Shown here: piece after piece, positions 10,768 through 23,942 of the stretch
How the letters are laid out: every line of letters begins with the position of its first letter
Numbering within the stretch: the stretch's first letter is position 1
DNA from: Macrostomum lignano
Lineage: Eukaryota
NCBI GenBank assembly: GCA_002269645.1
Contig: NIVC01001446.1
Location: 224,579 to 288,578, forward strand
Direction: 5' to 3'
DNA length: 64,000 nt
Translations under genes and position numbers: made by a program
The notes under the pieces: model-generated
What the model was told of the DNA's origin: nothing
Seen by the model: only the letters and a program-made list of their open reading frames with translations
The model's database searches: none

Positions 10768-13700
10768 TTATAGGTCGGCGAACGGGTCAAAACCGGCGTT
10801 CGGATTCTTGCTGGCGACTGGGGCGGCGACTGGGGCGGCGGCTGGGGCGGCGGGCTGGAGAGGGTTGGCGACGAGGGGTTTTGTGGTGAACTCCGTTAGT
10901 TATGGCTGAGTTATCTGACAAGCGAGGACTCGAATTATATGTGGTAGCGACCCAGAATCATCCAAAATAAGCAGTTTTTTTATAATGATGATGTAAAAAT
11001 TAATGTCAGAAATATCAACAAATCTGTAGTCATATTGCCAAAGAAAATCAACCAGAGTAAATTAAAAAATGAGTCATTGGTTGATGCAGAAAATGAGTCA
11101 GACTGATGCAGAAAATGAGTCATACTGATGCAGAAAATGAGGCATGCCAATTGCAGAAAATGAGTCACGTGAGTCATACTGATGCAGAAAATGAGGAATG
11201 CCAATTGCAGAAAATGAATCACGTGAGTCATACTGATGCAGAAAATGAGTCATGTGAGTCATGCTGATTGCAGAAAATGAGTCACGTGAGTCATACTGAT
11301 GCAGAAAATGAGGCATGCCAATTGCAGAAAATGAGTCACGTGAGTCATACTGATGCAGAAAATGAGTCATGTGAGTCATACTGATGCAGAAAATGAGGCA
11401 TGCCAATTGCAGAAAATGAGTCACGTGAGTCATACTGATGCAGAAAATGAGTCATATTGACCTAAAAAATGAGTAAGACGTACCCAAAAAGATCCAGATT
11501 GACTCAGCAGATAGGTCAGGACGCAAAAGAAAAGGACACGGTACACTAATATATTAGACAATGATAAGACACATCTGCTTAACACACCTGAGCAGTGGAG
11601 TTGCCACTGGCGGCCGCAGGCCCGGGCTTAGCAGCGGCAGACTGCTTCACAGTTAGACTGGTGGCCAGACTGGCCAGACTGGCGTCCAAGTCGGAGGTCA
11701 GGCCGCCCAGACTGGCGAACGGATCGAAGCCGCCACCAGCTGTGGCCGAGGCTGCAATATTTAGAAATTGCGGCGCATTTTTAGGAAATAAAATCGTAAA
11801 TATTACACGTAAATTGATTTCAACTGCACTTCTTATAAGTAGTACGTGTAGAAGTATATGCTGCACAAAAGCGCAGTTTTAGAAGCGCTGATAATAAATT
11901 GCTGTTTTTGGCAGGTGCTTAGGGGAGGGGTTGGGCAGGTGCTTTGGGGAGGGGTTGGGCAGGTGCTTAGGGGAGGGGTTGGGCAGGTGCTTTGGGGAGG
12001 GTTGGGCAGGTGCTTAGGGGAGGGGTTGGGCAGGTGCTTTGGGGAGGGTTGGGCAGGTGCTTAGGGGAGGGGTTGGGCAGGTGCTTTGGGGAGGGTTGGG
12101 CAGGTGCTTTGGGGAGGGTTGGGCAGGTGCTTAGGGGAGGGGTTGGGCAGGTGCTTTGGGGAGGGGTTGGGCAGGTGCTTAGGGAGGGGTTGGGCAGGTG
12201 CTTTGGGGAGGGGTTGGGCAGGTGCTTTGGGGAGGGGTTGGGCAGGTGCTTAGGGGAGGGGTTGGGCAGGTGCTTTGGGGAGGGGTTGGGCAGGTGCTTA
12301 GGGGAGGGGTTGGGCAGGTGCTTAGGGGAGGGGTTGGGCAGGTGCTTAGGGAGGGGTTGGGCAGGTGCTTTGGGGAGGGGTTGGGCAGGTGCTTAGGGGA
12401 GGGGTTGGGCAGGTGCTTTGGGGAGGGGTTGGGCAGGTGCTTAGGGGAGGGGTTGAACAGGTGCTTAGGGTTGGGCAGGTGCTTAGGGGAGGGGTTGGGC
12501 AGGTGCTTTGGGGAGGGGTTGGGCAGGTGCTTTGGGGAGGGTTGGGCAGGTGCTTAGGGGAGGGGTTGGGCAGGTGCTTAGGGGGAGGGGTTGGGCAGGT
12601 GCTCAGGGGAGGGTATGCAGGAGACTGTAAAAAACGACAGCACAGATTAGTTTAAGCCACGGAAAAGTGAGCTGGCATTAACAATAGATTGTCGACACGA
12701 GAAAAATGGCAAAAGCCTTTAAGGGCTCAAATCTCAGCGCTTCGAACGATGAAAAGCGATGGGGTTAGGGATTGGGATTTCGGAAATCCAAGTAAAAATC
12801 TGTGCGCGTGATCAATGAGAAGCAAAGCCAGCTGAAACTTTACACTACCGCCTTGTTCGGCTTTCTGAATGAAATGAAAAACAGAACAGCGATTTGACAC
12901 TCAGCTCTAAGAGTTGCTAGCCAAATTAGGCCAGGAGGCTGAGTGCAAAGGTACCGGGATCGGATTTTGACGCAAATCCACTGCTCGTTAAGTACGAGCC
13001 TTTAAGAGCGGAGCTGCTGCTGAATACAGAGAGAACAAGCAAAAAAGCAAGCCGGGATTCATGAAACACCCCACAGCTACTCATGAAACACCCCACAGCT
13101 ACTCATGAAACACCCCACAGCTACTCATGAAACACCCCACAGCTACTCATGAAACACCCTACAGCTACTCATGAAACACCCTACAGCTACTCATGAAACA
13201 CCCCACAGCTACTCATGAAACACCCCACAGCTACTCATGAAACACCCCACAGCTACTCATGAAACACCCCACAGCTACTCATGAAACACCCTACAGCTAC
13301 TCATGAAACACCCCACAGCTACTCATGAAACACCCCACAGCTACTCATGAAACACCCCACAGCTACTCATGAAACACCCCACAGCTACTCATGAAACACC
13401 CCACAGCTACTCATGAAACACCCCACAGCTACTCATGAAACACCCCACAGCTACTCATGAAACACCCCACAGCTACTCATGAAACACCCCACAGCTACTC
13501 ATGAAACACCCTATAGCTACTCATGAAACACCCTACAGCTACTCATGAAACACCCCACAGCTACTCATGAAACACCCCACAGCTACTCATGAAACACCCC
13601 ACAGCTACTCATGAAACACCCCACAGCTACTCATGAAACACCCCACAGCTACTCATGAAACACCCCACAGCTACTCATGAAACACCCCACAGCTACTCAT

Positions 13701-16700
13701 GAAACACCCCACAGCTACTCATGAAACACCCTACAGCTACTCATGAAACACCCCACAGCTACTCATGAAACACCCCACAGCTACTCATGAAACACCCCAC
13801 AGCTACTCATGAAACACCCCACAGCTACTCATGAAACACCCTATAGCTACTCATGAAACACCCTACAGCTACTCATGAAACACCCCACAGCTACTCATGA
13901 AACACCCTACAGCTACTCATGAAACACCCCACAGCTACTCATGAAACACCCCACAGCTACTCATGAAACACCCCACAGCTACTCATGAAACACCCTACAG
14001 CTACTCATGAAACACCCCACAGCTACTCATGAAACACTAATTACCACAGTATTCTGTGCTATTTACTACTCAGGACACACACAGGAAGCAGTGGCAATGA
14101 CAGCGAAGGGGATAAATGGCGGTCTGGGTTAAACAAAAGCACAACAGGGCAAATTATATGTTAATAAAGGTGAGCAAACGGGTGCGGAAACAGGTAACTC
14201 CACGCCGGAAATGAGGTCTCCTGTTTGAGCATACTAAAACACAAGCCGATAGCGAACTGCTATACTTTAATTAACTTTACCCCAGCAGCTGCTGGTTTCT
14301 GCTGCTGCTGCTGCTGAGCAGCATTATTCGAAGCGGCAGTCTGGCTGACCATAAACTCGGCAAGAATGTCTGCAAAAACAGGCAGTCAACAACATATTGG
14401 CGAGAGACCGATCAGGTCAATATTATTCTTACTATCAGTAGACTACAAAGTGACAATCTAAAGCACAAAAAAGTAAAGAAGGAATCTAATACGGCCACAA
14501 ATAACTGAAAGCTTATAAATATATGCGATTATAGGAATGTTTATTAATACCATCCGTCACACTGACCGTTTCCTCCGGCTGGCTGTTGGACGGCGGGGGC
14601 GGCGGCGGCCTCTGCGACTGGCTCCGACTGAGGCGGCGACTGCTGCTGCTGCTGCTGCTGCTGAGAACCACCTGAAAGTTGCAGCAAATTAATAAGTGAG
14701 AAGTTAATTGAATCGTGATAGTGGGCCTTGGTCTGGCGCGGCGCTCTGATGTGCCTGCGGCCCAGGCTCGATTCCCAGTGCAGTCACGTTCATTTAGGGC
14801 TAAATTGGAATCTCGGCTTGGCTCTGCTCGTGCAATTAACGCTATTGAGGGCCAACCCCCAAGGCACAGTGAAGTGTACCTGCCTAACGATAAATAAAGT
14901 TAGGGCCGCTGTACACTCCTGTGTGAGTGTGTGCCTGTGTGTATGACTCCGTACGTATCCGCGCGCTTGTGTGCCTGCTCTTATCCCATCTTGTGTGCCT
15001 GCTCTTGTGTGCCTGCTCTTATCCCATCTTGTGTGCCTGCTCTTGTGTGCCTGCTCTTATCCCATCTTATCCCGCTTGTGTGCTTCTTATCCCATCATGT
15101 ACAATTCTTATCCCATCATGTACAATTCTTATCCCATCCTGTACAATTCTTATCCCATCCTGTACAATTCTTATCCCATCCTGTACTATTCTTATCCCAT
15201 CCTGTACAATTCTTATCCAATCCTGTACAATTCTTATCCCATCCTGTACAATTCTTATCCCATCCTGTACAATTCTTATCCCATCCTGTAAAATTCTTAT
15301 CCCATCCTGTACAATTCTTATCCCATCCTGTACAATTCTTATCCCATCCTGTACAATTATTATTCCATCCTGTACTATTCTTATCCCATCCTGTACAATT
15401 CTTATCCAATCCTGTACAATTCTTATCCCATCCTGTACAATTCTTATCCCATCCTGTACAATTCTTATCCCATCCTGTAAAATTCTTATCCCATCCTGTA
15501 CTATTCTTATCCCATCCTGTACAATTCTTATCCAATCCTGTACAATTCTTATCCCATCCTGTATAATTCTTATCCCATCCTGTACAATTCTTATCCCATC
15601 CTGTACAATTCTTATCCCATCCTGTACAATTATTATTCCATCCTGTACAATTCTTATCCCATCCTGTACAATTCTTATCCCATCCTGTACAATTCTTATC
15701 CCATCCTGTACAATTCTTATCCCATCCTGTACAATTATTATTCCATCCTGTAGAATTTTCCATCCTGTACAATTTTTATCCCATCCTGTACAATTCTTAT
15801 CCAATCCTGTACAATTATTATTCCATTCTGTACAATTATTATTCCATCCTGTACAATTCTTATCCCATCCTGTACAATTATTATTCCATCCTGTACAATT
15901 ATTATTCCATCCTGTACAATTCTTATCCCATCCTGTACAATTCTTATCCCATCCTGTACAATTATTATTCCATCCTGTACAATTATTATTCCATCCTGTA
16001 CAATTCTTATCCAATCCTGTACAATTATTATTCCAACCTGTACAATTCTTATCCAATCGTGTACAATTCTTATCCCATCCTGTACAATTCTTATCCAATC
16101 CTGTACAATTCTTATCCAATCCTGTACAATTATTATTCCAACCTGTACAATTCTTATCCAATCGTGTACAATTCTTATCCCATCCTGTACAATTCTTATC
16201 CAATCCTGTACAATTTTTATCCAATCCTGTACAATTCTTATCCCATCCGGATCCAACGGCACTCACCGCCAGCGGCTCCAATTTTCGGCGGCTCCGGCTT
16301 CGGCGGCGGCGGCCTTGACGGTCCCGGAGGTCGGGGCGGCGGCGGCCCGGCGGGCGGCCCGTCAGCAGGCGACGAGGCCGGCCTAGCGGGCGGCTGCCTT
16401 GAGGCGGCAGCGGCGGCCGGCGGGGCCTCCTGGACTGGCGGCTCCGGCTCGCGGGGCGGCGGCTCATAGGTGCGACCCTCCAGCTGGGCCAGGTGGGTCT
16501 CCATAGCGTCCAGGAAAGACACCGGGTGCTTCTGCAGTCTGGTAATGTCCGATTTGTCAACGCCGACGCATTCGGCCACTTTGTTGAATTCGTTGAGCAG
16601 ATCACTGCGCACAAGAAATTTCTTGTAGATTTCCAAAGCCTCTCGACACTGCTTCTTGCTTGTGGTGCTGAAGAACTTGGTTAGCAGGTTAATGATGCCG

Positions 16701-19700
16701 TCATTGAATACCACAAACAGGCGAGTGGCGTCACGGTACAGGATGAGGCAAGCTGCGCTAATAACTCCGTTGGTGACGTCCTTTGGAGTGACTTCGAAGG
16801 CTAGCAGCGAGTCGAATTGATTGATGAGCACCTCAAGTGATTTGATGCTCTTCTCCACAGTCAGGGTTCTGAGTAGGCTGTCGTCTGTGCCGCGCTTCAC
16901 CTGCGGCAGGGTGGGTCAATTGGTAGACATGATTAGTTTATAAGTAGATCTGTAGCTAATTCAGGTAGATTAGTAGCTAATTCAGATAGATGAGTAGCTA
17001 ATTCAGGTAGGTTAGTAGCTAATTCAGGTAGATTAGTAGCTAATTCAGGTAGATTAGTAGCTAATTCAGGTAGATTAGTAGCTAATTCAGATAGATGAGT
17101 AGCTAATTCAGATAGATTAGTAGCTAATTAAGGTAGATCGGTAGGTAGATCTGAAGCTAATTCAGGTAGATCTGTAGCTAACTCAGGAAGATTAGTAGCT
17201 AATTCAGGTAGATCTGTGGCTAATTCAGGTAGATCGGTAGATAGATTTGTAGCTAATTCAGGTAGATCGGTAGGTACATCTGTGGCTAATCCAGGTAGAT
17301 CGGCAGTAGGTTTGTAGCTAATTCAGGTAGATCTGTGGCTAATTCAGGTAGATCTGTAGCTAATTCAGGTAGATCTGTAGCTAATTCAGGCAGATTAGTA
17401 GCTAATTAAGGTAGATTAGTAGCTAATTCAGGTAGATCGGTAGGCAGATCTGTGGCTAATTCAGGTAGATCGGTAGGCAGATCTGTGGCTAATTCAGATA
17501 GATCGGTAGGCAGATCTGTGGCTAATTCAGGTAGATCGGTAGGCAGATCTGTGGCTAATTCAGGTAGATCGGTAGGCAGATCTGTGGCTAATTCAGGTAG
17601 ATCGGTAGGCAGATCTGTGGCTAATTAAGGTAGATCGATAGGCAGATCTGTGGCTAATTCAGGTAGATCGGTAGGCAGATCTGTGGCTAATTAAGGTAGA
17701 TCGGTAGGTAGACCTGTAGCTAATTCAGGCAGATGCCCAAGCTCTGCAGCCTAGACAGATTTTTTACTGCGAACCCAAACACAAATTTAAACCCACTCAG
17801 CCTTTAGAGAGCAAACCTTGCAAAAGTCGAACGCCATCAGGCGGTAGGCGGTGGCCTTCTCCTGGATGTAGGCGCTGTAGCGGACAATAAATCTCGACAT
17901 CTCGGCAGCCTGAGGCGTGGTCCGGTCCGAGTAGTTCGGTGATGATATGGCGCAGTTATTGGAGGCCAGGTACTGGGCGAATCTCTCGTTGCCGTGGTTC
18001 ATTAAATTGTGCAGAGTAATCAACGATTTGAATACTACAACCCAGTTGGGATGCTTCAGACGATCCAGCAGCTCGTTGGCGAGCTCCGGGATGCTGACGT
18101 TGCTCTCATTAGTGCACTCGATTAGGTCTGGTCGAAATTTGTACAAAGATAAGTTTAAGATTTGGCTGATTTGCCATTGTTTGTGTAACTTGCATAAATC
18201 TTATGAGGCATGCCTCTGTCTCCTATAAGTAAATATATTTGTTTAAAGTATACAAATGATTGAAAATAAATGTATTTACTAGTGTTGGTTATTAATTATA
18301 GGCTATTATAAGGCTTTAGGTGGCACAAAACTGCCAAAGCACAGAGGTAAAATGGAATTCCAATCCCAATCCTGCTTAATCCAAAAATTTGCTTGTATGA
18401 TCCTGTCCAACTTGCACTAAGGTGATATTACTATTTACCATTGGGGAAATGCAAAAAGAACACACCATTATTCTTCAAGACAATTAACTCAGTTGATGTT
18501 CTTATGTCTTATAGGAGACATTGTCATAAAAGCAGGGCTCTAAGGCATTATAGATGTTATATTGCAGCCAAGCAACTATGGGGTATTTTTATAAGCAGAT
18601 ATTTAGTAGAAAATAATGCTAACATAGCTTAGTACAATGTGGGAAGAAAAGAAAATAAATGAGAAGATAGAAAGAAAAGCTGTCAATGATATAAAAACAT
18701 TATAAACATAGATTTAGAGGTATATTGGATATTTGATCTAACTAAAAACCTAATTTTTCAGATTAATATAATAAAATTATGCATATCATACATTCTAGTA
18801 GTTATACAATAAATATATAATCTAAAACAATCATTATTAGGCGTACGCTATTAAGCATAGGGAAAATATAATGATCCTATGATATATTAATATATAACTT
18901 AATTCTTTTTACTAAATTTATTTTAAGCAAATGTAGAATAAATTGAAGTAATTTGAAAGGTTTCAAATATACATTTTTATTTAAGATTAGGTGCTTGATG
19001 CATTCAATGTATAATTTTTTTGGCACAATTAGAATAAAATATATAATTCTTTGTTAATCTAACTCATACATGTGCAACCCCCCTGATTTACACTGGCCAA
19101 GGGACTTACTTTTTAACAAAAATATGACTTACCTATGAAAGAAACATTAAAGAAAAAATTATTGCAATTTTGGATAAATAGCAAGAATAACTATCTTATA
19201 AAGCTAAATGCCTTATCATCTAATTAGTACTATATCTGTATTCTTTTAGATGGGCATTTTTGTGACTTATATTGGCTGGGTTGGCTAGGTGTTATATATA
19301 TATAATAGATTACATATAGATCATATAAAAACTTGCAGAAAATGTATATTCATTGTCCCCCAAAAAATTATTCTAGCAAATGATATAATATATATTATTT
19401 TCCTGATTATGGATTACCCTTTGTCCTTTTATGGTCTTGGCTTAAAAAGCTAATTCTTCTCTAAGTTTCTTATTGTCTCTATTATGTTTCCCTTCTTTCA
19501 TTTATCTTTTTATCATGCCTCATGATCATATTCTAATATAGTATTAAAAAACTTATTTTTCAAACTAAGATTGCTTAGTCTAACCTTAAAAGTAAGATTT
19601 TGTATTGTTTTACTAATATTAATAAAGGCAGTGTTTATACATATAGTACAATAAGAATAATTTCTGTCATTCCTATAGTACCATGGGAATAATTTGTCTT

Positions 19701-21051
19701 ACCTACATAGCCCACTGACAATATAGCTATCTTATGTTCCTATAGATACCATAGGGAATAATTAATGTTTTATCTGCATGGCACAATGACAAAATAAGTC
19801 TAGCTTTTTTTCTTACAGATACCATAAAAATAATTTATATTTTGTTACGTACAGTTTAATTGCAGTATAAAATCATAACTTCCTTTAAATATTTGTTTTA
19901 TAGAAGTAAAAAAATAATAGACATATAGAACATAGGGTGGCTATCTTGCCAGTATATTATATGGATAAGCAGAAAATTATTCCTATGGTCCACAGTTTGG
20001 AAGGCAACATGTACACTAGGATTTATCAATATACAACACTACTTGCCATTTTTAGCATACATCAGCATATATCTAGCATACATGACAGAGTAGAAAATTT
20101 TGGCTTAAATAAAGTGACTTTACATAAGATACACTAGATGCAATAATGCCAATACCAAAACAACTAGAATAAAAAAGCTCAAACTTTGTGCCTTAAAAAA
20201 CTTATTTTATGAACTTTTTGTAAATAAAAAGTAGTGAAAGTATTTCTTTTATTATTGTTTTCTTTTCTCAGTGAACATCGCAAAAGTGCATCATTTTTAA
20301 GTTTGTTGCTCAAATTGCTATGAATAATGAACAATGAATTTATTTCAAATGGAGCAAAATGAAAACATTTTAGTCTTGGCATACAAACAAGGTCCTGTAT
20401 TTTTTCCCCTACTAGACCCAGTATACACAATCTAAACTACAGCCCACAGTACTATAGGAATAAGACAAATTATTCCTATGGTACCATAGGGATAAGCACT
20501 GCCAATAATTATATATAGCCATAGGCCTAATAAAAACATTAACTCTTTAAAAATATATATATTAAAAGAAAAGTAGTTAAGCCTAGTTAAAAAACCAATA
20601 AGTCTAATATTAAGGACTTTGTGTTAGTATTCATTTAAAATAATAGACAGAGTATTGTTAGGGGGGCCTAATATCAATAGTCAATTATCATATATAGTGC
20701 AAGGTCTAGGCCTAACACCTAATCTTTTAACTTACATATATAGAATACATATGGAACCAGAAGTAAAAAATTAACTAAAATACGAATAAAGTCTCAGCCA
20801 GGCAGTAGAATTAAGAAAGCTTAATAAGCCTCATAATAAAGAAATAAAATGCTAACCATCTACATGTCAAAGACAAACAACTTACACTGTAAGTGTTTCT
20901 TCTTTGGGGCCGTGATTTCTTCTGTGGTTGCTTTGCAAACGGCTTTTGCAAGTCCTGATCCAGCAAGAGAGTGTTTTGCAGCAGTAACCCGATCCATAAG
21001 GCTTTGCCCGCTACCACTGCCAGCTAACTGCTTAACAACCTTCCCAGCCAT
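10768..21051 (-). CDS. PICALM: AP180/CALM-family ANTH-domain clathrin assembly protein
   Basis: Exons 21051-20886, 18127-17817, 16900-16267, 14671-14567, 14369-14281, 11751-11588, ~10914-10768. ANTH motifs [69 protein letters not shown]. Low-complexity tail with FDPF motifs ending FDPFADL*. Phases of the last junctions do not fully reconcile (missed micro-exon or indel). Confidence 0.9.
11060..11455. repeat. Composite 23/31-bp repeat in last AP180 intron
   Basis: GCAGAAAATGAGTCACGTGAGTCATACTGAT alternating with GCAGAAAATGAGGCATGCCAATT. Confidence 0.9.
11905..12610. repeat. 24-bp G-rich minisatellite
   Basis: GGCAGGTGCTT(A/T)GGGGAGGGGTTG repeated. Confidence 0.96.
13058..14037. repeat. 22-bp homogeneous minisatellite
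   Basis: CATGAAACACCC(C/T)ACAGCTACT x~44; the variant pattern repeats at a 330-bp spacing (13511 / 13841). Confidence 0.97.
14715..14900 (+). mobile_element. Possible degenerate tRNA-derived SINE in AP180 intron
   Basis: B-box-like GGCTCGATTCCC at ~14766 with a GC-rich tRNA-length head and an AATAAA-containing end. The A-box is weak. Confidence 0.3.
14960..16245. repeat. 21-bp minisatellite with diverged 24-bp units at the left end
   Basis: CTTATCCCATCCTGTACAATT repeated; GTGTGCCTGCTCTTATCCCATCTT units at 14960-15075. Confidence 0.96.
16940..17735. repeat. 21-33-bp minisatellite, AP180 intron 2
   Basis: TAGCTAATTCAGGTAGATTAG core with variable extensions. Confidence 0.94.
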
Positions 21052-22279
21052 TGAGAATGCCTAAAATTTACTTTATAAATTTCTAGGATATCAACACAGA
21101 GGCAAAACTGAATTAATTGATGTCTCTTCACAGGATTTAACGTTTAGAACGTTTATTATAGGGTTCAACGTTTAAGCAGCACTAACAGTAAAGATGTTAT
21201 CGATGATATATAAATATCTGCTGTTTTTACATTTAAATTTTATAAGAAGCCGCTCAATAAAGTTAACAAATAATCTAGAGACTAACCTTTATTTTGCAAT
21301 TTAAATCTATTGTGGGGAAATTTTCAGTCTAAAAGTACATGTAAATACATATTTTACAGCTTAAAAAGTAGTTCGTTCCGTACCATTACGAGTATTATTA
21401 GCGTATGTGCGTAAATTACTAAATTAAACACCCCTTTTGAGCAGATTACATAGAAAAGAAAATGTATAAATGACCCAATGAACGGCCGAACATTTAAATT
21501 TTTCCTTGAACTTATCAGTCGAAGGTAGTTAATGTGGGCTGTCACGTGCACTGTACATGTGACCCTGTCAAGTACACGTGAAGTCTTACATAGGGAATCC
21601 TTTTAATTCAATTGGTCGAAAAGTCCCACAAGACAGTAAATTAGTGAATAAATCCAGCTGATGGATACATCAAATTAAAGTTCGAGGAACAGAGTTGGTG
21701 GTACTCATGACTAGCGAAACTGAAATGCTAGAATTTGCGGTAACAAATTCGCCCTTGCCCTTGAAGCCAAATGCGATACGACAGGTTCATTCCGTATTTT
21801 AAGTGACGATGTTATATTAGTTAAATGGAAAAGCGATCAAGATTGTGCCATTCCTTTCTGATACATGTATTTTGTAGTACATAATATCGTCCTTACATAC
21901 AACAAAGCGCGGCGTGTCGCATCGAATAGTTAAATAGTTTTTGCAATAGTAAAAAACTGTTAACTCGTACTATAAGTAAGATAATGCAACAGAAAGCGCC
22001 GGCAAAACTCACGGAGGAAAAAAACTTTCTAGTAAAAAAGGAAAACCAGTTTGACCAATTCTGCTATTATTGCAGATACAGCTATAATCGCCTACTAAAA
22101 AGTAACTAGAGGCCACAACGTTGATTTAACGCACTAAAAAGATTAACAAAATAGACATACCATATTTATACCTTATTTATAATTCTACATCTTTTGTGGC
22201 TGCTATACAATACAACACAAGAAAGCCAACAGAATTTCCAAACTAGGAATCATATTCATATCGGAGTGGAGTACAAGAA

Positions 22280-22800
22280 TTACTTGTAGGGGGGGGGGGC
22301 GGGAGCGGTAAAGTAAAATGACGATGGAGCTTCAGTCAGTTTCGACTCGACGCCTTATAAGTTAACAACGTGGTTGCAAATATATATATTTACAATGCAG
22401 AAATTGGTCAAGGAAATTGATTTGAAACGCAACAATTTGCAAACCTAAAAACAAGTGGAACAACACTAAACAATGCAAAATTGTATGTTCTCAAAAAGTT
22501 CACATAGCTGTGATTGCTCATCTGTAGCTGGCGCTATCAAAATACAGTGCAATCAGCATACTTAATCGATTTTTTAAAGGAAAGCAACTTCAGGCCTCGC
22601 TCGGATCTGATTGGCTGGCAGCTGCCGTTATTGAGGCTTGAAAACATTCAACATTTAATCGATATTTTCCTACCCTTTCAAGAGCAACAACCTCACGCCT
22701 TGCTCGAATCTGATTGGCTGGCAGATGGCGGAGCTGATGAAAGCTCACAATTTCTAATTCCCGCGCTCTTCAGCCAGTCTAGCAGATGCTAGTGTAACTC
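22280..22800. promoter_or_regulatory. Possible AP180 promoter region
   Basis: GC box (GGGCGG ~22298) and two TCTGATTGGCTGGCAG CCAAT-box motifs (~22607, ~22710), 1.2-1.7 kb upstream of the AP180 ATG. Confidence 0.3.
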
Positions 22801-23409
22801 AGACGCCGTCTTTTTCTAACATGCGAAACTGAAACACATAATTAACGAAAGAAGGAGCGCAGGACAGAAAATTTCTTAGGCAAAACAATGAAGAAGTAAG
22901 AGTAAAAATAAAAAAAGCAACCGCAAAAAATATACCGCTTGGGCAATTACAATAATACATTGAAAAGTAAAGCTAGGAACGGAAGCAATACACTGATACT
23001 AGCCACTAAAATACATATGCTACAAGTACTTTCTATCATAATGAAATTCGTACTAAGTGCACAGAAGGCAATGGGATTGCGTGGGTAATGCACTTGCAGC
23101 AACGTTTTTGATTGACTTTCATACGAGTAAAGTATAAAAAAGAGGAAATTAATTTACACAGAAATTAAGATACATTTCTTCTGCGCAAAGCAATTAACAG
23201 ACTTTAACAAAAAGGAAAGACAGTGTAATATTAGGCAATAGCTACTTTTAATTACTTTAAGACGAGCATACAGTATGACTATACTAGATTAAAACAGTTC
23301 AGATTCTATTGCTGCAGATTTGACCGAGACTAAAGGGTTTCTGATTTCCACTTGTAAGTGAAATGGAACGCTTCAGATTCATGCCCACAGCCTGATTCTG
23401 AGGATAGCG

Positions 23410-23790
23410 CTGGCCCAGCAACTGAGGATTTGAGAGGGTATCCCAGCAACTGAGGATTTGGGAGGCTGGCCCAGCAACTGAGGATCTGGGAGGCTGTCCC
23501 GGCAACTGAGGAACTGGGGGGCTGGCCCAGCAACTGAGGAACTGGGAGGCTGGCCCAGCAACTGAGGAACTGGGAGGCTGGCCCAGCAACTGAGGATCTG
23601 GGAGGCTGTCCCAGCAACTGAGGAACTGGGGGGGGGGGGCTGGCCCAGCAACTGAGGATCTGGGAGGCTGGCCCAGCAACTGAGGATCTGGGAGGCTGGC
23701 CCAGCAACTGAGGATCTGGGAGGCTGGCCCAGCAAATGAGGATCTGAGAGGGTCGCCCAGCAACAGGATCGGGGAGGCTGGTCCCGCAAC
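23410..23790. repeat. 28-bp minisatellite downstream of SCaMC stop (3' UTR/flank)
   Basis: CCCAGCAACTGAGGATCTGGGAGGCTGG repeated. Confidence 0.93.
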
Positions 23791-23942
23791 TGAGGATCAG
23801 GGTGGATGACGTTTACATCAACTTGATCTCTGTGTGAAAATGCACCCTTAGTAAAGACAGCGAAAGAAACCGGCAACCATGAAAAGATCCCTACAACCAG
23901 CCCCTACCCGACCCAAAACCCAAGGAAACAGTCAACCCGAGG

